A DNA stretch of 64,000 nucleotides from Minisyncoccia bacterium (GTDB lineage: Bacteria > Patescibacteriota > Minisyncoccia > Phycocordibacterales > Phycocordibacteraceae): contig JBBRPE010000004.1 of assembly GCA_038228545.1 (NCBI GenBank), positions 161-64,160 of the forward strand. Direction: 5' to 3'. Within the stretch, counting starts at the first letter, position 1. Each line of letters begins with the position of its first letter. The notes under the pieces were generated by a model, which worked only from the letters and a program-made list of their open reading frames with translations, did no database searches and was not told the DNA's origin. The position numbers and the translations under genes are program-made. Of the stretch, positions 60,381-64,000 are shown piece after piece.

Positions 60381-60941
60381 ATGACTATTCTTTATATTCT
60401 TCTTGCTGTAGTCGTTGTTGTCGCACTCTTCGTGATGGGTGCATTCAATGGCTTTGTATCTAAAGTTAATCGCACCAAAGAAGCGTGGGCTGACATTGAT
60501 GTGCAGTTGAAGCGTCGCTACGATCTCATCCCTAATCTCGTTGAGACGGTGAAGGGCTATGCCGCACACGAGACGTCGGTATTCGAGAACGTCACAAAGG
60601 CACGTGCGGCTGCTATGGGAGCGACTACCCCGGCGGACAAAGCAACGACCGAGAACGCACTCTCCGGTACGCTTAAGACGCTCTTCGCTGTTTCTGAAGC
60701 GTACCCAGACTTGAAGGCAAACCAGAATTTCCTTCAACTCCAGCAGGAACTTGGAGACACAGAAGACAAGATTCAGGCAGCTCGTCGCTTCTACAACAGT
60801 AATGTTCAGGACCTCAACACTTCAGTACAGTCTTTCCCGGGCAATATCATCGCTGGCATGTTCAACTTCAAGGCTATGGACCTGTTCCAGCTTGGAGATG
60901 CTGACGCAGCAGCACGTGAACCGGTCGCAGTAAAGTTTTAA
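60381..60941 (+). CDS. lemA: LemA family protein
   Basis: WADIDVQLKRRYDLIPNLVETVKGYA; EAYPDLKAN. Confidence 0.95.
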   Translation: MTILYILLAVVVVVALFVMGAFNGFVSKVNRTKEAWADIDVQLKRRYDLIPNLVETVKGYAAHETSVFENVTKARAAAMGATTPADKATTENALSGTLKTLFAVSEAYPDLKANQNFLQLQQELGDTEDKIQAARRFYNSNVQDLNTSVQSFPGNIIAGMFNFKAMDLFQLGDADAAAREPVAVKF

Positions 60942-60943
60942 CC

Positions 60944-61261
60944 ATGCTGAAGGAAGCTCAAAAAGAGCTTGATGATTGGGCACAGACACTCGAAGAGCCC
61001 TACTGGCCTGCGCTCTCGCAGATGGCAGCACTTACTGAAGAGACCGGCGAAGTCGCGCGTCTTCTGAATCACATATACGGAAGCAAACCGAAGAAGGTAG
61101 AAGAAGCGCACCAAGAGCTTGGTGGCGAGCTTATCGATGTCATCTTTGCCGCGATGTGCCTTGCTAATCGCCATGGCATAGATCTTGATACAGAGTTCAA
61201 GGCGAAGATGGATAAATGTTACGGGCGCGATAAAGATCGCTTCGCAAAGAAAGCAGAATAA
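60944..61261 (+). CDS. MazG-like nucleotide pyrophosphohydrolase (YpjD-like)
   Basis: LTEETGEVAR; GELIDV; LAN..GIDL. Confidence 0.88.
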   Translation: MLKEAQKELDDWAQTLEEPYWPALSQMAALTEETGEVARLLNHIYGSKPKKVEEAHQELGGELIDVIFAAMCLANRHGIDLDTEFKAKMDKCYGRDKDRFAKKAE

Positions 61262-61263
61262 GT

Positions 61264-62157
61264 ATGAATCTCTACCAGGAACGTTCAAGTAATATCTGGC
61301 GCACTGTCTTGCTTATGGTGGGCTTCTTGGCTGTGGTTATTTCTCTCGGGTATGCAGTCTCGTGGTACTACAATTCGCCAAGTATTTTGTATGTCGCCGT
61401 AGCGTTTGCGGTGTTAATGAATTTCTACAGCTACTGGTTTAGCGATAGTCAGGTGCTCTCTATGACCAACGCACGCCCAGCACTTCGTGAGGAGTTCTTC
61501 GACTTCTACACAGTCGCGGAAAACATGGCCATAACGGCAGGTCTCCCTATGCCGAAGCTCTATGTCATAGAAGACCCGGCACCAAATGCGTTTGCCACCG
61601 GACGCGACGAGAAACACGCGGTTGTGTGCGCAACGACCGGACTCCTTTCTATGATGACGCGCGTGGAGCTTGAGGGTGTTATTGCGCACGAGATGTCTCA
61701 CATTAAGAATCGCGACATTCTTCTTATGATGGTGGCAGTTGTGCTTGCAGGATTTACGGCTATTATCGCTGACATATTTCTACGCATGTCATTTTGGGGT
61801 GGAGGACGCAGTAATCGCGACAACGGCGGGGGAGGACTTCTCATGATTCTCGCCATCGTCGGCATCATCCTCGCACCTATTGCTGCTCAGCTTATCGAAC
61901 TTGCTATATCACGTCGTCGTGAATACTTAGCGGACACTTCCGGCGCACTTCTAACGCGCTACCCCGAAGGTCTCGCCTCAGCTCTCGCGAAGCTCGGAAA
62001 TTATCAGGCACCCATGCAGCGCGTCTCGCACGCCACCGCACATCTCTTTATAAGCGACCCCTTCGGACCAGCTAAGACCGATTTCATAGATAAACTTTTT
62101 TCTACGCATCCACCGATTGCAGACCGTATTAAGGCCCTTATGGGTACGGCGAAATAA
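61264..62157 (+). CDS. htpX: Zinc metalloprotease HtpX
   Basis: PNAFATG; HEMSH; SRRREYLAD; FSTHPP. Confidence 0.93.
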   Translation: MNLYQERSSNIWRTVLLMVGFLAVVISLGYAVSWYYNSPSILYVAVAFAVLMNFYSYWFSDSQVLSMTNARPALREEFFDFYTVAENMAITAGLPMPKLYVIEDPAPNAFATGRDEKHAVVCATTGLLSMMTRVELEGVIAHEMSHIKNRDILLMMVAVVLAGFTAIIADIFLRMSFWGGGRSNRDNGGGGLLMILAIVGIILAPIAAQLIELAISRRREYLADTSGALLTRYPEGLASALAKLGNYQAPMQRVSHATAHLFISDPFGPAKTDFIDKLFSTHPPIADRIKALMGTAK

Positions 62158-63785
62158 CGTTCTGTGCTATAACAAACGAGCACGGAGGCGTCGCATAGCG
62201 GTCTAGTGCGCACGCTTGGAAAGCGTGTGTGGGGCAACTCACCGAGAGTTCGAATCTCTCCGCCTCCGCAGATAGAAACTTCGAGTTCGGACAGAGCCGC
62301 GCCGCAAAGCGGCGTGGCAGAATGGGCGGGCAGAAAATGCCGCCGCGAAGCGGCGAATTGGCTCGGCGTGGGGAATACGAAATGCGGGGATTTGTCACGA
62401 ACCGAAGGGTTCGTTCCGATTTTTTGCACGGATGATTTGATTTGGTACAAATCATCCGATTGGGACAAAAAATCGGCTTGTTTCATATCTAAAATCCACT
62501 CCCGCAGGGGTTCGACCCAAGCATTTCTCCCGCGTTCAAAATCTTTCTTCTTCTCCCGCAAAGCGACGAGGGAGCGCATGAGTGCGTCCTTGCGCTTCAA
62601 GTACATCTCTTTCGGCACATCACCGTCTAAATACGCCGACACCAGTTTTTCCATGCGCTCCTCGCTTGCTTTGATACTGTCGGAAAGATTTTGAACCTCG
62701 CTTTGCGACGTTCCAACCTCCTCGCGCTCCCATTCCTTCACTTTATTAAGCATCCAATCGGTGTAGCGATTGCAAAGCGAGATTGTTTGAAGCCGTGCCT
62801 TTATTTTGTCGGCAAGGTCGGCCTCGCGGACATACGGTTGCGAGCAGCGGCCGCGCTTCTTGGAACACCGATAGTAGCGATACTTCGTACCCCAGCGATT
62901 AGTAGCCCACTGCGCGGAAATCATGCCACCGCACTCGCCACAGCGGAATAGCCCGACAAGCGGAAAATCATGCTTCACCTTGCGCGTGCGCGGCCGCTCC
63001 TTGCCCGCCACGACCTTCTGCACGGCTTCAAACAATGCGGGAGTTAGAATCGGCTCAAAGTTTCCATCAAACCATTCCTGACCGTGCTTCACGAATCCGA
63101 TATACACGCGATGCGTCAAAAGCCGTTTGATGGAAACTTTGGCAAGTGGCGTTCCGTTTGAAGTCACCACGTTCAAGTCCGCCAAAAATTGCGACAACGA
63201 AACGAGAGTATGCGACCCTTTGGCGTATTCTTCGTACGCGAGGCGCACGATACGCGCGTTCGTCGGATGCGGTTCAATATTGCGAATGCGCGGGTTGTTT
63301 TGATAGCCAAAGGGTGCGCGATTGAGCCACTCGCCCCGACGCAATTTTTGGCGGACGCCGCGCTTGATATTTTCGGACAGATTGTCGCTGTAATATTTAG
63401 ATTGCCCGAACGCCACTTGCAACATAAATAGTCCCTGCGGGGTCGGTTCAAACCAAAATGTCGGGAAGCGCAAAGACACCACCTTACGCGTGTCTACGGC
63501 GTATATGATGCGCCCGCCGTCAATGCTGTTGCGAGCCAATCTATCGGGATGCCACGCCAATATGCCCACGCCGTCCATTGATTCAATGCGGGCCATCATT
63601 TCGCCGTACACCTCGCGCCCCGGTGTCTTTGCGCTTTTCGACTCTTGAAATTCCTCAAGAATTTCAAGATTTTCTTTACGCGCGATCTCCCGCAACTCAA
63701 ACAGCTGCGCCTCGATGGACATGACTTGCCGGTCATCGTCCTCAGTGCTCTTACGCGCGTATAGAAAATATTTTGGCTTGTTCAT
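62004..63785 (-). CDS. Large serine recombinase (resolvase + recombinase + Zn-ribbon + coiled coil); C-terminus reads antisense through tRNA-Ser
   Basis: YARKS catalytic Ser; DRLARN; APFGY; CGECG..YYRC; tail CGGGEIRTLG is the antisense of the tRNA 3' end. Confidence 0.92.
   Translation of the reverse strand: MNKPKYFLYARKSTEDDDRQVMSIEAQLFELREIARKENLEILEEFQESKSAKTPGREVYGEMMARIESMDGVGILAWHPDRLARNSIDGGRIIYAVDTRKVVSLRFPTFWFEPTPQGLFMLQVAFGQSKYYSDNLSENIKRGVRQKLRRGEWLNRAPFGYQNNPRIRNIEPHPTNARIVRLAYEEYAKGSHTLVSLSQFLADLNVVTSNGTPLAKVSIKRLLTHRVYIGFVKHGQEWFDGNFEPILTPALFEAVQKVVAGKERPRTRKVKHDFPLVGLFRCGECGGMISAQWATNRWGTKYRYYRCSKKRGRCSQPYVREADLADKIKARLQTISLCNRYTDWMLNKVKEWEREEVGTSQSEVQNLSDSIKASEERMEKLVSAYLDGDVPKEMYLKRKDALMRSLVALREKKKDFERGRNAWVEPLREWILDMKQADFLSQSDDLYQIKSSVQKIGTNPSVRDKSPHFVFPTPSQFAASRRHFLPAHSATPLCGAALSELEVSICGGGEIRTLGELPHTRFPSVRTRPLCDASVLVCYSTERYFAVPIRALIRSAIGGCVEKSLSMKSVLAGPKGSLIKRCAVACETRCMGA
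62184..62268 (+). tRNA. tRNA-Ser(GGA), CCA not encoded
   Basis: GGAGGCG / CGCCTCC acceptor stem; CACGC-TTGGAAA-GCGTG anticodon arm; long variable arm; GTTCGAATC T-loop; G discriminator. Confidence 0.93.
62266..62396. repeat. Left 131-bp inverted repeat
   Basis: Reverse complement of 63810-63940 with one mismatch (62377 vs 63829). Confidence 0.95.
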
Positions 63786-63809
63786 ATTAGTTTTTGGATT
63801 GAAACAAGA

Positions 63810-63940
63810 GACAAATCCCCGCATTTCGGATTCCCCACGCCGAGCCAATTCGCCGCTTCGCGGCGGCATTTTCTGCCCGCCCATTCTGCCACGCCGCTTT
63901 GCGGCGCGGCTCTGTCCGAACTCGAAGTTTCTATCTGCGG
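63810..63940. repeat. Right 131-bp inverted repeat
   Basis: Reverse complement of 62266-62396; begins 24 bp upstream of the recombinase ATG. Confidence 0.95.
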
Positions 63941-64000
63941 TGACATATTAGCCTTTGCTCGAACTCACTTCGCACGCGCCACGTGCGTGGTGGCTTGAGA

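Larger units (their letters stand above)
62266..63940. mobile_element. tRNA-Ser-anchored, IR-bounded recombinase cassette (putative invertible or integrative element)
   Basis: Large serine recombinase gene between long inverted repeats, starting at the tRNA 3' end (CCGCA junction). Confidence 0.65.

Noticed and set aside
63786-63884. 33-aa N-terminal extension of the recombinase and its twin ORF 62229-62435 (MGGQKMPP...)
   Set aside because: By-product of the inverted repeat; the catalytic domain begins at MNKPKYFLYARKS (63785)

Overview
A gene-dense 64-kb bacterial chromosomal segment in standard code 11. Gene content and style (signal-peptide Ser/Thr-rich surface proteins, PIF1 helicase, DedA, LemA-HtpX, apparently leaderless genes, tRNA-targeting large serine recombinase) suggest Patescibacteria/CPR, probably Parcubacteria; this is an inference. 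Contents: a surface protein and an AT-rich insert at about 2.1-4.35 kb (SDR, GFA, frameshifted DUF2200); tRNA/rRNA-modification and ABC-F genes; an XRE regulator with dipZ; a lexA-dinB mutagenesis cassette; an RND pump; mltG, typA and a DEAD-box helicase; many thiol-redox and repair genes (DsbA, VKOR, msrA, msrB, bcp, nth, mutY); rnj, secG, groES-groEL and lemA-htpX; and tRNA-Ser(GGA). The most striking feature is a large serine recombinase gene next to tRNA-Ser. It is bracketed by 131-bp inverted repeats that contain its own 3' coding sequence, so inversion would swap its C-terminus and promoter context. Also notable: a candidate promoter-driven structured ncRNA at about 49.3 kb, several related structured intergenic elements, and candidate XRE and LexA operators. 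All protein calls come from motif recognition by eye; no searches were run.
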